This document shows, piece after piece, positions 35,839 to 49,624 of a stretch of 64,000 nucleotides of DNA; within the stretch, counting starts at the first letter, position 1; every line of letters starts with the position of its first letter. The stretch is from Takakia lepidozioides (lineage: Eukaryota; Plantae; Bryophyta), in assembly GCA_030704615.1 (NCBI GenBank), contig CM060731.1, positions 19,778,001-19,842,000 on the forward strand. The letters run 5' to 3'. The translations under genes and the position numbers were made by a program. The notes beneath the pieces are model-generated. The model worked only from the letters and a program-made list of their open reading frames with translations. It was not told where the DNA came from and did not search any database.

Positions 35839-36869
35839 TTACAGCGTGAGTGAGATGTGTATGATAGAAATAGGGTTCCTTTGAGACATGGATCGCGTAG
35901 AGGGGCATTGTAGATATTATCATGATGTACTTTGTATACATCCGATTAATCGATTGATGTAATTTTTTTTCTTGTTGCTCGTGTGGGTCGCAACTTTGCA
36001 TATGTGATCTAAACATACTTATGCACATGTGGACCAAATATGAGCTTGAACCAAGTTGATTCAATGGGTCATTCTAGTGTTGAACGCAACTACGTGTCAT
36101 AGAGACGGAAAATTGTGTTTCGCCTGCAGATGATTTTTTTTTTATTCCATTTTCAAGCCATATGCTTAATGATAGCATATGCAATGTGCGTGCAAAATTT
36201 GGGAGTAAACAAAAGTCATTTGGACCCATAACCAGATTTTGTTCTCTCATTTACACTCCAAAGTTGAGTTATCTTCAACTTCATGCATTCTTCATAGAGA
36301 GTTCTACAAAAGTGACCCTAGAAACACACTTATTTTTTTTCCATTTTTTTTTTGTCCCATTTTTTTCATGGATGTCCCGATGTCACAGAACAAAATAGAG
36401 CTAAAAATAAAATCATTACGCCCTCAAAACCGCAATCATATATTTTCTAAATGTAAATATTTATTTTAAATTCATTTAAATTTGATGAGTGAAGTTGGGG
36501 AGGCATTTTTTTTTTTTTTTTTTCCCTGCTGGATCTTTGTACAGGTGTTGCACACATATTTAAGCATATGTAGGAAAAAATGAAGCTTGAGCCACATCCG
36601 TTTGTTGGGTGCAATGGCATGAGAGGATTTTCTTTCACATTAATAAACAAACATTGGTTGATAGGGTGAATGCGTCATTGGGGGGCAAATGATTTTGTTT
36701 GGGTTTGAAACTTTGCATGCGTGTACGTTGCGCACATACATGTAATTATTGAATGACATATTTTATGCACACACACATTGAAGGTTGTTGTTTGCATTTC
36801 GCTTATAATGAAGTGTATGGTTGCAAGGACACATTATAATATATGTCCCTATGTTCATTTGTTCGTATC

Positions 36870-39800
36870 AAGACTTTGTCCATCCCTTCCCGGTCTTTTC
36901 TCTTGGCACCCCATCCGAAAACAACCCAAGTACATCAGGCGGGAGCCATGGGCGAGACGCCCCCCCACGGTACTGGACGATGATGACGATGACAGTGATA
37001 GTGACAGTGACAACAACAATGAGCATGGAATTAACCAGGAGGATGTGCAAGCCATGGAGGATCTCTTAATGCATCATGTGGGCGCTGATGCATCCTATGA
37101 AGAGGGAACCCGGCCAATCGATGATCCTGAAATGGCCCCCTCAAATGACATGGAGAGGGAGATGAGAACTCCTTTGTACGAAGGGGCGAAAGTGAGTCGA
37201 CTTTCAACAATCTTACTTTTGCTCAATCTTCAAATTCGATTTGGCATAAGTAATGTTGGGATGTCTGCCATAATGCGAACTATTGCAGACTATATCCTTG
37301 CTCCACACTTGAAACCCAAGATGCCACGGTCGCGGAAAGAGGCGCGTGAAGTCTTGGACTCTGTGGGGATGGACTATAAGATTTTTTATGCATGTCCATG
37401 TGATAAAACCCTATACTACGGAGAGGATTCGCATCTCACCAAGTGCCCAAAGTGCAAGAAAGACCGATATCGGGATGATGTCCAAGGGAAAAAAGTACCA
37501 CGCAAGGTATAAGCGCCATTCCCCCTCGCATGAAGATTATTTTCTTTAATCTTCTCAATGTATGTAAAGTGTATTCCACAAAGTTTAGGGTTTAGAGAGT
37601 AGTACTCATGCAAGATCTGATTGTGGTTTTGGAAGGAGTGAGTGAGGAGTGGAAGGAGCGACGTTTGGTTTTGACCATTCACACCCAAATGAGGGAGATG
37701 CTGCATAAAGGGAAAGACATAAGGGTGTTGTATTATGTGTGCTAATGGGATGATTACATGTGGGGGGCGTGGGGTATTTCATCCTAGAAAATGCATTACT
37801 TTCCGATCATCCTGCGATTGAGGGCACAGTTTCGAAGCCCCGAATTGGCCATACTCATGAGATGACACGCCTCACATCGGAGCCCCCCGGGAAAGGTGTG
37901 CGGGCCACAAGATTCACAAGCATGGAGGCATATTGAAGAGATGTGGCCTTTTCTTTGGAGGACCCACGACATGTCCACCTCGGCTTCTCCTCGGATGGGG
38001 TCAACCCATTCTCTGTCCAATCATGTAGTCATTCCACCATGGTGAACTACAACATCCCTCCGTATCTTTCAATTAAAAAAGGCCATATCATGTTGGCTGC
38101 CATTGTGCCAGGTGAGTGTACTCATTTCATGTTTATTATTGCCTTCGACTTTACATTAAATTTCTGATCTCTGACGCAATTCGGATGCAAGATTGATGAG
38201 TGACATAATCATGGAGTAAGACGTGTAATTCATTTTGTAGTATAATCTGCATATTAGTGGAGCATTGAAACAATGATGTGAATGTCTCATAGGGAAAAAA
38301 CAAGTGGCAAACATGGACACGTACTTGCGATCTCTTGTTGATGAACTTAAAGAGCTATGGAGGGGGGTCCCGACATTGGATGCAGCTTCACTTGACCCTA
38401 TGGCCGGACAATCTTTTCAGATGAGAGACATTTTGCTTTGGACAATGCATGATTATCCAGGTATATTATGTTCCCCATGAACAACCCGCGTACATTCACT
38501 TGTCAATGCCGGATAATATCGATGATGATTGGGATTGATTGAAGTAGCGGCGACAGTCTTGTGCACCGTAGTGGGGTAGATGGCATTATGGGCCATGCAC
38601 ATGACAACTTTTTGTTTTTGCTAATTTGGCGGGATGTGTAGTACATGACTAACTGTTTGCTCGGGGCTAACCACCAAAGGGTACCATGCATGCTTGCATT
38701 GTGGCGATGATCTTGATGCACATAGCTCCCGCCATCTTCACAAGATGATGTATCCCAACTACCGCAAATTTCTTCCTATGAGCCATCGATGGAGAAGAAG
38801 AGAGAAACACTTGTTTGATGGCAAAGATAAAGTACGTCCCTCCCCTATGACACCGTCCGGGCAGTTTTGGGAGGACCGATGGAAGGAGGCCCATGCGGGC
38901 ACGGACGGTGAAGTGGACGTGCCCGACAGGAAACGACTTTCAATCTTCTACGAGTTGCCATATTGGGCGGTACATATTCCACAAAAACATCGTCAATTTC
39001 CCTATGCATGCATGTGATATTGCACATTTGGTATGCGTTGCATTGTCACTTTCACGTAAAAAAATTTGTGTAAGTCTTTGTGGGTGGGGATATATGTAGG
39101 ACCTGAAGATTCGTCATCTTCTAGATCCCATGCATATTGAGAAGAATGTCTGCTCGTCCTTTTTTCGGGTTCTTCATGGCACGCCGGCAAAGAAGGGAGT
39201 GGCTGCAAAAGGAGATTCTATCGGTGTTAGAAAGAAGCTTGAGGAGCAGGGTCGCAATGCGCCATCTATGGGCTGAACAAAATGGTGTGGACCCAAAGGG
39301 TGTTGTACAGTGGAAGTATTGGCGCGCACCTTGGCAATGGACAAAGGAGGAATACAAGAAAGTGATAGCCACCATAAGTGCTGTCCGAACACCAACTGAT
39401 TATGGTCATTCCTCCATACGAAGACAATCTATAGATTGGGAGGCTTATTCCGGTGGATTTGCTTCAAAGAGTTGGAAGAAGCAGATTTTCCACGCATGAA
39501 GAAGGAGGCGGCGGAGGTAATGTGTATGTTGGAGATGCACCTTCTTCCCTCTTTCTTTGACATCCAAGTGCACTTGGTAGTGCACTTAGTGGAAGAGGCT
39601 TCGATTGCCGGCCCCGTTCATTCTCGGTGGATGTACTTCCTTGAGCGTTATATGAAGACTTTGAAAGGATTTGTAAGACAAATGACGCACCCGGAGGGTA
39701 GCATGGCGGAGAGGTATACGTTGCAAGAAGCTATGTTCTATTGCACGGAGTACATGGCAAGGGTGGATGAGGAAGCCCCTTGGATGTGGAAGGAAGAGGA

Positions 39801-40962
39801 GGATGCACGAACCAAGGACATCGTTTTGCCCAAAAAATCGAAGACGGTAAAATTGCCGACCTTGGTGATTGAGCAAGCGCATGACTTCATACTGAAGAAC
39901 ACCCCATCCATACATGAATGGGAGACAAGATACAATAATTTTGTTTAGCAACGAGAGGATGAGACGCTTGCATGGAGGCGGAACCATCCAAGGCCGGTTA
40001 TTAGATGCCCACGACGAGGAACGGGCTGCCGGAATGTTCATTCACAAAATTTGCCCATGGAATTGCAGCCTCTAAGTTCATTCCAACAGTGGCTTCGGAC
40101 TTCAGTTTATGACGCCGTTGCTCAAGGAGATGTGGTTTCAGATTTGGTGCAAGACATTGCAAGGGGCCCCTCTCAATTCGCGACCTCATACACGGCGCTT
40201 TGGGTTCACGGTCGTCATTTCCGCATTCGTGTTCTTGACATGAAGCGCAAAACAACCTTTGATTCTGGCTTGTGTGCCACATATTGGCAAGACTCCATGT
40301 GGGGCAAGGGAGATACACGACCTGCTATGAACAACCTTGAGTACATTGGAGAGCTTGAGAGTATACTCCAACTTCAGTATACAAGGTACCGGCCTCTTCT
40401 CTTCAAGGGAAGGTGGTTCCAGCCACATCTTGTGGGGCCCTCCGCAACACTAGTGCAAGATGATTGTGGTTTCATGCGCGTCAATGCAGATAGGCTCAAC
40501 CCTACTCATCGTCCCTCCGATGAGCATTTTTCACGGCCTTCAGATATGGAGCAAGTTTTTTTCTTCGATGACAAAACAAGAGGGGGGAATTGGAAGGTGG
40601 TTGTGCATGCTCAGCCAAGAGGAAGACGTATCTATCATGGTCTCGGATCTCCATGGGGTGAGGCAATTGCGGTGGACGGAGAGACTGGTCATAATGATGC
40701 TAATGATGGAGGTTGGGTAGAGAGGGTAGAAGAGGATGCTGACGCCCCGGATAATGCATCCTGGACCCTATATGATGAAGCTCTAGAAGATACGGATGTT
40801 GGAGAAGGAGACGGAGACACGGCCATTGACAACGAGGTGGAGGATGATTTGGAAGTGCCTTTTGAGGGCCGGGCCATTCATGATGATGACTCCGATGACC
40901 AAGAAGACTTGCAGCTTGATGAGGATGAAGAGGCTCCGGATGATGATGTTCAAGTTGATTAG
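36870..40962 (+). pseudogene. CACTA/EnSpm TnpD-type transposase (Transposase_21, DUF4218, DUF4216), intron-containing, with stops
   Basis: YACPCDKTLYYG...CPKC; DPRHVHLGFSSDGVNPF; WTMHDYPG; LDPMHIEKN; PSFFDIQVHLVVHLVEE...RWMYFLERYMKTLK...PEGSMAE; YIGELESILQLQY..LFKGRWF; acidic tail. Confidence 0.93.
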
Positions 40963-41299
40963 ACACAAAATCAAAGCTACACAACAATGCTCGCACCGAA
41001 CTGGACCCATCTCTTCGATTGATTGTACATGTACATGCATATTGTACTTTACTTCTATGATTCATCAAATATGGCTGTGGCTGGTAGTCTTTCAAGAAAG
41101 AAGGCAGAAGCAATGAATATGTTGGAGCAACACATACAGATGTGGTATTAAGAGAATTATCAAAATGAATGTCACAATCTACAAGAAGGTCCACAAAAAC
41201 AAGCTAAACCATAAAGAAAAACAAACACCCTACCCCTGTACCATATGAAAAAAAAAAAAACTAAGAACCCCCAAAGGCCCTAAACCTAAACCTAGAAAG

Positions 41300-41885
41300 C
41301 CCTGCTGTCGCTGCCTGCGACCCCACGCGTCGCCACCTGCGACGCGGTTAGGCCGGGGGTCGCAAACGGCGATGGCCAACCGTCGCCATCTGTGACCTGT
41401 TTTTTTTTTAATGGATTTATGAGGCTGGGGGTCGTACACGGTGATGGCCAGCCGTCGCAAACTGTGACCCGTTTTTTTTTTTTTTTTTCGCAAGAATAGG
41501 GCAGCCGGGCAGTTTGCGACGCCCGGCCGTTGCAGGGGCCTTTTGCCCTTCATGCCACCATGCGACGGCCTAGCGTCGCAAGAAAGGGCTGCGATGAAAG
41601 AAATGGCAAGAAAGGGTTTTTTTTTTCCGACATGCGACGAGCGGCCGTCGCCAGAAAGGGCTGTCTTCTGCCCTTCGCTAGGGGCGACGCTTGGGCGTCG
41701 CACGGAAGGGCTGCCATTTGCCCTTCATCACTCCGTGCGACGGCCAGGCGTCGCCGCCTGGCCCCGGCGCTAGGTGGCGACCCGCGGGATTTTGTTGCGA
41801 CGGCCCGGCGTCGCAAACACGCTCCACGGGGTTGGCGTCGCACGCTCGGCGCCGCACGGGGCGTAGGGATGCGGCTGGCGTCGCA

Positions 41886-41926
<41 letters not shown>

Positions 41927-41939
41927 ATTTGCTATAGTG
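41300..41939. repeat. CACTA subterminal repeats and TIR
   Basis: More than 15 direct and inverted (C)GTCGC(A)/(T)GCGAC(G) motifs, a poly-C run, then TAGTG. Confidence 0.85.
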
Positions 41940-42620
41940 GGCTAAGGGACGTAGGGGGTCCGGAGGGTGTGCATGGCAGGGGAGTAGGTGAAGGTAGCTT
42001 GGGCGTAGGTTGATAGCCAGGCATGCTTGCTTTGGCTTGAAGGGTTGCGGTGAGGATGTTTTTAAAGAGAAATGGGAATTTGGTAGAGATAGTGTTGACC
42101 GCTTGTGGGGTGTCGGTAATGTGTTCCAGATGTGCACCCAGTATTTGATGAACATCTCCTGGTTTAGTTTGTAGTAGGTGGAGGGATTCTTGAAGGTTAT
42201 ATAAATAGTGTGGTGGTGCTAGGTATTCATGGGGCTGTGCAAGTAGTTTTTGCAGTTGTTATAGGAGCAAGCGTACATGCGTGTCTGGGTGGGTCTCAAA
42301 ATAGTCATTGCATATAGAGGGGATCGGGGATACGGTGATGATTAGCGAGAAGAGGATATGTTGCATAGGGTATGCATGGAGTTTATGGGTGACTTTCACT
42401 AGTGATGGGTTGTGCCAAGCTGATATACCGAAGGTGGCTATTGGGTAGGTAGGTTTCCGGTTATTGGTGGGTGGGTTAAGAAAGAATGGAAAGAAGTGCT
42501 TGCTGAGGTGCTGGTATGAAGGGTGAGTGGGACTGTTTTTGGTTGGAAGTATAAGTTATATTTTTTTTGGTGATCTTTGGGAAGTTTGTTTATGATATTG
42601 GCGATGGTAGAGGGGCCTGG

Positions 42621-45600
42621 TGTCGCGCACCTAACTTCGGTTAGCTCCCCTTCAAGTCATAGTTACCCGCTTTGATGCACGCACCTAACTCCCAACCTGG
42701 CCGCCGGACCAACTCGGAGCTTCGGCTGCTCACCGAGACATAACGGTCCCCCTTTACTCTTCCAACAGACCCTCCACCAATTTGGGCCTAGTGGAAAATT
42801 CCCTTTGGTAGATGACAATCCGGAATAGCTCCCCACTCCTTGGTCGCTTTCCGGCTTGCTCGCTTTCTCATTAGTTTTTGGTCACCAACGGGCTTGCACC
42901 GTTCTCGGGGTTACTACTCCCTATATATACTTCTGTGACTGTCCGTGGGGGTTTCATAAACAACCATGCCATTTTATGGCGAACCACCACGAAGACCCTC
43001 TATTCCCGGTGATGAGTCGCGGTGAGTCTTGGCCCACCCACCACGGTCCCATTGGACCGTGATGAGTCCCAAAACTCCCCACGACTCCCACCACAAGGTC
43101 TCCGCCCCATGGTGAGTCCTATGCCACCCCCACTAAGTCCCGCTAAGCTACCACCACCCCTTGTGGAGCCACCCCCACCGCAACCCGGTGTGCGGGGCTC
43201 CACCTAGTGAGCGCCTCCGCCTCCTTGAGTGCCTTGGGCACCCAAGGGTGCTTCAGCCCCCCGTACCTATCGCTGCCACTGCCCCCACCACAGGGGCAGC
43301 CCCTCCTGCGTCCCGACCCCCTGCCCTCAAGGCAAAGGGTTGCGACACACACCCCTACCAACAGGGAGTCGATGTCCTCATCGACTTGTCCATTTTGTAG
43401 AAACGAACATCCAAGTTGTGGCGTCCCACATCAAGGAGTTTGTTTCCGCACCATGGCGTCCCATGGCAAAGAACCAAACCCCACACTTGACTCTACTCTC
43501 CACTAGCTAGTTCGGCCGACTTCCTCCAAGTCCCGGCCAAGGGTGGAGCCTCTCAAGCTCCACCCAATGCACTCTTCTTGGCCTACTTCAAGGCCAATGA
43601 ACGATCCTCCCCGAGGATCGAATCGCCTTACTGCAACAACATTGCTTGCGACCGCTCATGATGCCGCTTTTGGCATCACCTTGAGCAAGGGTTCACCTTG
43701 AACCCTTTTTTACGAGGACGATAACCTTGAACCAACCGTACGCCCCAATCACTACAATTGGGTCTGCCTTGGAATGCTGGCCTGGGGTACGGGAACACGC
43801 CGAAGCCGCACTACGACTTCGTCCCGAGGCTACACAATTATAGTACGTGAACGGAAGCACGTAGCTTCCGCGTTAGCCCGCACTACAAGGCAACCCCCTC
43901 GGTAGCGCAGTTACAGTACGCGCACGCGCCTGGTGCGCACTAGCACGTGAACTCCCCAAAGAAGGCGCAAGTTTCCTTGCCCCTTGGATGGGGGTCACCC
44001 GATTTCGGCACTACGCAAACACATGATTAATCCAATTTACCTCTCCCACTTTTGTAAGCCAACATGCATTCTACACACTAGCCAACCATACCATGCATCA
44101 CCATTCTAAACAAAAATAGGAGGCGCAACATTTGGAAACCATTTCATTTATAACAAAATTTGTACAACACAAGTTTTTGCAATCAGATTCCTGAGCTAGC
44201 TAAGCCGGGCTAAGCATGCATTTCCTCTCCCACGATCCAAGGTTGATGTCCCCATCAACGCTTCTTTCGCTTTTGAGGTCGCCCTTCGAAAGTTGCAACC
44301 GCCTCAGATGCGTTTCCCATTTCTGAGGCACGCACCCAAGATGCCTCTCCATGATGATAGCCCTTCCATTTCACGAGATACTTTGTTTCTCAATTCTTGA
44401 ACCTCCTCAACTTAAGCACTGCCTCCACCTCGTACTCAGGTTTATTTTCATGATCCAACAGCACAGGTGGCGGACGCAACACTTGATGCTGATTCGGACG
44501 CGCTTCATCTTTGAAGTACGGCTTCAAAAAGGAGACGTGGAATACCGGATGCACCTTGCTGTTTGCCGGTAGCTCCAATTCATACACATCCTCATTCATA
44601 ACCTTCCGGATGCGAAAGGGTCCCGCATACGGAGGTACGAACTTCGGACTCACTTCCGGAGGTAGTCGGAAATTCTTGATGTTCAACCAGACCTCCGTGC
44701 TTGCCTCAAACTTAACTTCCCTCCGCTTCCGATTCACCTGCCTTTCATACCGTTTCCTAGCTTTGGCAATGTTGTACTTTGCGAGCTTCAACAAAAGCTC
44801 ACGTTCTTCCAGTATCACCGCTGCTGCCGGTTCTTCAACGTCCTGGGCGACCCAACTTGTCGGCACCAGAGGTGCTTTTCCATAGACCAATACGAAAGGG
44901 GAAACTCCCATTGCGGAGTGTTTTGTGTTATTATAACAGAACTCTGCCGTATCCAAGTGTTTCACCCAGTCCGATTGGTCTCCCGACACGTAATTTCGCA
45001 AGATCTGCTTCACCACGGAATTCACCCTTTCCGTTTGGCCGTCTGTTGTAGGTCGGAAGGCGGTGCTCATCTTGAGCCTTGTCCCCATTTTCTTCCAAAG
45101 TGCCCTCCAAAATTTACTTGTAAACTTTGGATCGTGGTCCGAGACAATATCCTTCGAGAGTCCATGATGCTTGAAGACGTGGGCAAAATAAAGTCGCCCC
45201 GTCTCCTGCGCCATTGCTGTCTCCTTGGTGGGGATGAAATGACCCATTTTACTGAACCTATCCACCACCACCATGATTGGCTTCGAATCATTTTGACAGC
45301 GGCATAGCAGTCATGAAATCCATCGAGACACTTTCCCAAGACCCCTCTGGAATCGGCAAGGGTTGTAACAGTCTCGCTTGCTTTTTGTACTCGCTCCGGT
45401 TTTGTTGGCATGTGATGCATGTCTTGACATACTCCTCGGCCTCCTCCCTCAGTTTGGGCCAGAAATACTCTTTCTTCAAGAGTGCCACGGTGCGCTTGGC
45501 TCCGCCGTGGCCCGCAAGCGGGCCATCATGGCATTATCTCAAGAGACTATCTCTGATCCCTCCCTTCGGCACGTAGAGACGCTTTTGCTTGTACCGGAGC

Positions 45601-48600
45601 AGTCCATTTTGAAAGTGGAACTGCGATTTAACCCCCATCCTCAAGTCCCGCATCACGGACTTCGCCATCTCATCCTTCCGGTAAGCCTTCCGGATCTTCC
45701 TTTGAAGCGCCGTCTCGCCCCTGTACACCAACATGAGCTACTGCTTTCTACTTAAAGCATCGGCCACCACATTGTCCCGTCCCGGTTTGTACTGGATATC
45801 CACGTCGAACACCGCCAAAGTATCTTGCCACCTAAGTTGTTTTGGGGACAACTTAGGCTGCGTGGCAAAATACTTCACCGTGACATTGTCCGTGAACACC
45901 TTCACCGGGTTGGAACCAACATAGTGGCGCCAAAGCTCAAGGCAATGCACCACCGCCTTCATTTCCTTCTCATGCGTAGGCCACCGTCGCTCCACTTCAT
46001 TCAGTTTCTTACTTTCGTAAGCCACTGGACGTCCATCCTGCATGAGTACTCCCCCTATTGCGAAGTCCGACGCATTCGTATGAATCTCAAATGGACGGTC
46101 GAACTCCGGGATTTTGAGGATTGGAGCTTCCGCCATCCACTGCTTCAACTCGGCAAAAGCTTAGCCACAAAAGGTGTTCCATACCCAGACTTTGGATTTA
46201 CACAGAAGGTCTGACAGCGGCCCCGCGATCTTGGCAAAATTTCTCACATACTTCCGGTAATAAGAGGCGAGTCCTAGGAAGGATTGCACTCCCGGGACCG
46301 AAGTCGGAGGTTCTCAGTCCAAGATCGCCCTCATATTTCTGTCATCCATTTTGATCCCAACCTGTGTAATCACATGCCCTAGGAACTCCACTTTTGTGAC
46401 CCCGAATTCGCACTTTGAAGCTTTGGCATACAGCTTCCCTTCCCGCAATTTTTGGAACACCCTTTTGAGGCGCTCCAGGTGCTCTTCCTTTGTTTTCGAG
46501 TACACCAAGATGTCGTCGATGTACACGATCACAAAGTCATCTAGCCACTCCTGGAAAAGGCTGTTCATTAGCGTGCTAAAGGTCGCGGGTGCGTTGGTGA
46601 GTCTAAAAGGCATCACCAAGAATTCATACGACCCATATCTTGTCCTGCACGCGGTTTTCTCCTCATCTTTTTCCGCCACTCGGATTTGATGGTAGCCGGA
46701 GCGCAAATCGATCCGGCTGAAATACTTCGCTCCTGCCAACCGATCGAAGAGGTCGTCGATTCTTGGCAAAGGGTACCGGTTCTTGATGTCACCTTATTCA
46801 GAGCCCTGTAGTCAACACACATCCGCAGTGTCCCATCCTTCTTGTCTGCGAATAGCACCGGGGCTCCGTAAGGTGACTTACTCGGCCGGATGTACCCCTT
46901 TGACATTAGATCCTTGAGCCGAGTCTTCAGCTCGATCAACTCTCTGTGGCTCAACCGGTAGGGCACCTAGGTAGGCGGCTCCGATCCTGGTATCATCTCA
47001 ATCTTGTGGTCAACTCCTCTTCGCGGTGGCAAACCGCTTGGTAAATCCTCCGGCATCACATCCTGGTATTTCTCCAAAATCCCCTTGATCCAATCTGGGC
47101 TCGGCTCCCCATCACCTTCTCCCTTCACTTGTCTTACATAAAGCAAAAACTGGGGCTCGTGTGACTCCTCCACGGCCCACTCCTTTGCTGACAAGAGGTT
47201 TATTCGCCCTCCCACTGGGTTGGGCGTTTCCGACACTCTTAAAACTTTGCCACCATTCCCACACGGTAGCGTGACTATTCTCTTGCGGCCATCTATGACT
47301 GCTCCGGATTTGCTCAAAAATGTCATCCCCAAAATGAGATCCACTTCATCGATCTAGCAAATGGTGAAGTTCTCACGTCCCTCCCAACTCCCGAGCTGAA
47401 GAGGAATATCGAACGCCAACCTCGTCGCCAATTGTGGTTCTCCTTTGGCAGAACGCACCTCAATAGAGCCCCCACATCACTTGTCGGGAGTCCCAGCTTC
47501 CGTGTCGTTGCCGGTGTCATGAAGGAGTGCGACGCTCATGTGTCCACCAACAACGACACGTTAGTTCCGGAAATTATCCCACTCACGAACAATAACTGAC
47601 TCCCTTTACGCAGGGCGCCAGTTTCTTGATACAACTCACAAGAGTAGTTGCCTATCTTGCAAGTCTTGGCGACCACCGCTTCCACCAAGCGGCTGATGGA
47701 ATCTTCCGACAGCTCTGTGGTCGCCCGAGTCATGTTCAATTGTCGGGGTTTTGTGCACTTCTTAGCCATGTGCCCGGGCTCCCCGCAATTAAAACACACC
47801 CCATCAAAGGTCGCCTTCTGTCCGCCATAAGCTGCCGCACCTGATTTTCCTTGCGGAGCACCGAGTGCCGCCTTGACGTGAGAAGGACCTCCCTTTGATT
47901 TCCACGTGCCATTGTCGCCGCGTGGCCTATCCCACTTCTTTTCCGGTCGGAATGAGTCACCCTCCCGCCGGGTCTTCTTGTGGTTCAGCTCCGTACGGCC
48001 TTGTCTTTCGCCCCTAGGGACATCCGAGAAACATTCAGCCATCTCAATTGCCTCGTTCAAAGTCTTAGGTGACTTCTCCTCCAACTTCTGCCTGGCCCAT
48101 GGGGCTAGTCCCGCCCCAAAGTTTTTGGTTCTGCCATGTCCGCGACTTCGAGTAACAGCACATTGAAAGCCTGAACATATCCCCGAATGTCATCCGTTTG
48201 CTTTAGATTCCTCATCTTGTCCCGGGCGAGCCAGGATGCGTTGAGGGGCACAAACTGTCTCTTCATCCTTGAACCCACTCCAGTTCAAGGTTTTCGGGTT
48301 TGGACCTCGGTCGTGAAGGCGCTTCTGCCACCATTGTTGAGCATAGCCCCTTAAATAGGTGGAAGCCACTTCCACCCGATCCTCGTCACTCAACTTGGCC
48401 GCCCGGAAGTACTGCTCTAGCTTCAAGAGCCAGGTGTTGAGTGCCTTCCGATTTCGGACGCCCTCGAAGGTGCCGGGTTCCTTAGGCTTCACCTTAAACT
48501 TTGCCTTAGTGGAAGTGACATTAGCCGCCTTCAACACGTCTTTCAACGTCCCGCCAAAACTGCGCCAACAACCCTTCCCAAAAGGCTGCTGGTATGGGAG

Positions 48601-49624
48601 ACATCTGTTGGTCTGTCGGAGCTCTCAGGGATTCCTTGGGCTCCGACTCCTCAGATTCCTCTTGTTCTTGAGTGGCCTCGCTTTCAAAAGCATGCATCAC
48701 TTCCTCAAATGGCCGCTTCGGTGGCACATCGCCCCCATCGGGCTCACCAGGATCATCATCTTTCGGGCCGTTCCGCTTTTGCTTTGGCTTGCTCGACCCC
48801 ATGATGAGGCCGATCCCAAGGACGATCGCGTACTGAACTCTAAGCTCTGATACCAAGTGTCGCGCACCTAACTTCGGTGAGCTCCCCTTCAAGTCATAGT
48901 TACCCGCTTTGATGCGTGCGCTTAACTCCCAACCTGGCCGCCGGGCCAACTCGGAGCTTCGGCTGCTCACCGGGACGTAACGGTCCCCCTTTACTCTTCC
49001 AACAGACCCTCCACCAATTTGGGCCTAGTGGAAATTCCCTTTGGTAGATTACAGTCCGGAATAGCTCCCCACTCCTTGGTCGCTTTCCGGTTCGCTCGCT
49101 TTCTCACTAGTTTTTGGTCACCAACGGGCTTGCACCGTTCTCGGGGTTACTACTCCCTATATATATTTCTGTGACTGTCCGCGGGGGTTTCATAAACAAC
49201 CATGCCATTTTATGGCGAACCACCACGAAGACCCTCGATTCCCGGTGATGAGTCACGGTGAGTCTTGGCCCACCCACCACGGTCCCATTGGACCGTGATG
49301 AGTCCCAAAACTCCCCACGACTCCCACCACAAGATCTCCGCCCCATGGTGAGTCCTATGCCACCCCCACCCCCACTAAGTCCCGCTAAGCTACCACCACC
49401 CCTTGTGGAGCCACCCCCACCGCAACCTGGTGTGCGGGTCTCCACCTAGTGAGTGCCTCCGCCTCCTTGAGTGCCTTGGGCACTCAAGGGTGCTTCAGCC
49501 CCCCGTACCTATCGCTGCCACTGCCCCCACCACAGGGGCAGCCCCTCCCACAGGGCAGCCCCTCCCACAGGGGCAGCCCCTCCTGCGTCCCGACCCCCTG
49601 CCCTCAAAGCAAAGGGCTGGGACA
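42621..49624 (-). mobile_element. Structurally complete chromovirus (Ty3/gypsy) with degenerate gag-pol
   Basis: LTRs 42621-43347 and 48858-49624 (TG..CA). tRNA-Met PBS TGGTATCAGAGC (48844-48855, minus). PPT GGTAGGGGTGTG. 5-bp TSD CCTGG/CATGG with one mismatch. Confidence 0.95.
44270..48802 (-). pseudogene. gag-protease-RT-RNase H-integrase-chromodomain
   Basis: CFNCGEPGHMAKKC; LLVDT*AS; [27 protein letters not shown]; HTNASD; VVVDRFSK, TDGQTER; YAGPF; EYEVEAVL...YLVKWKGY..GEASWV. Confidence 0.95.

Larger units (their letters stand above)
33821..41939 (+). mobile_element. CACTA transposon, right end present, left end missing (cut by LTR insertion)
   Basis: Ends ...CCATTTGCTATAGTG (reverse complement CACTATAGCAAATGG), preceded by subterminal GTCGC/GCGAC repeats. 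The left boundary is inferred. Confidence 0.75.

Noticed and set aside
41888-41926. Poly-C tract as G-quadruplex or poly-Pro/Gly coding
   Set aside because: Homopolymer length is unreliable and it lies in the CACTA terminus; the ORFs over it are spurious.
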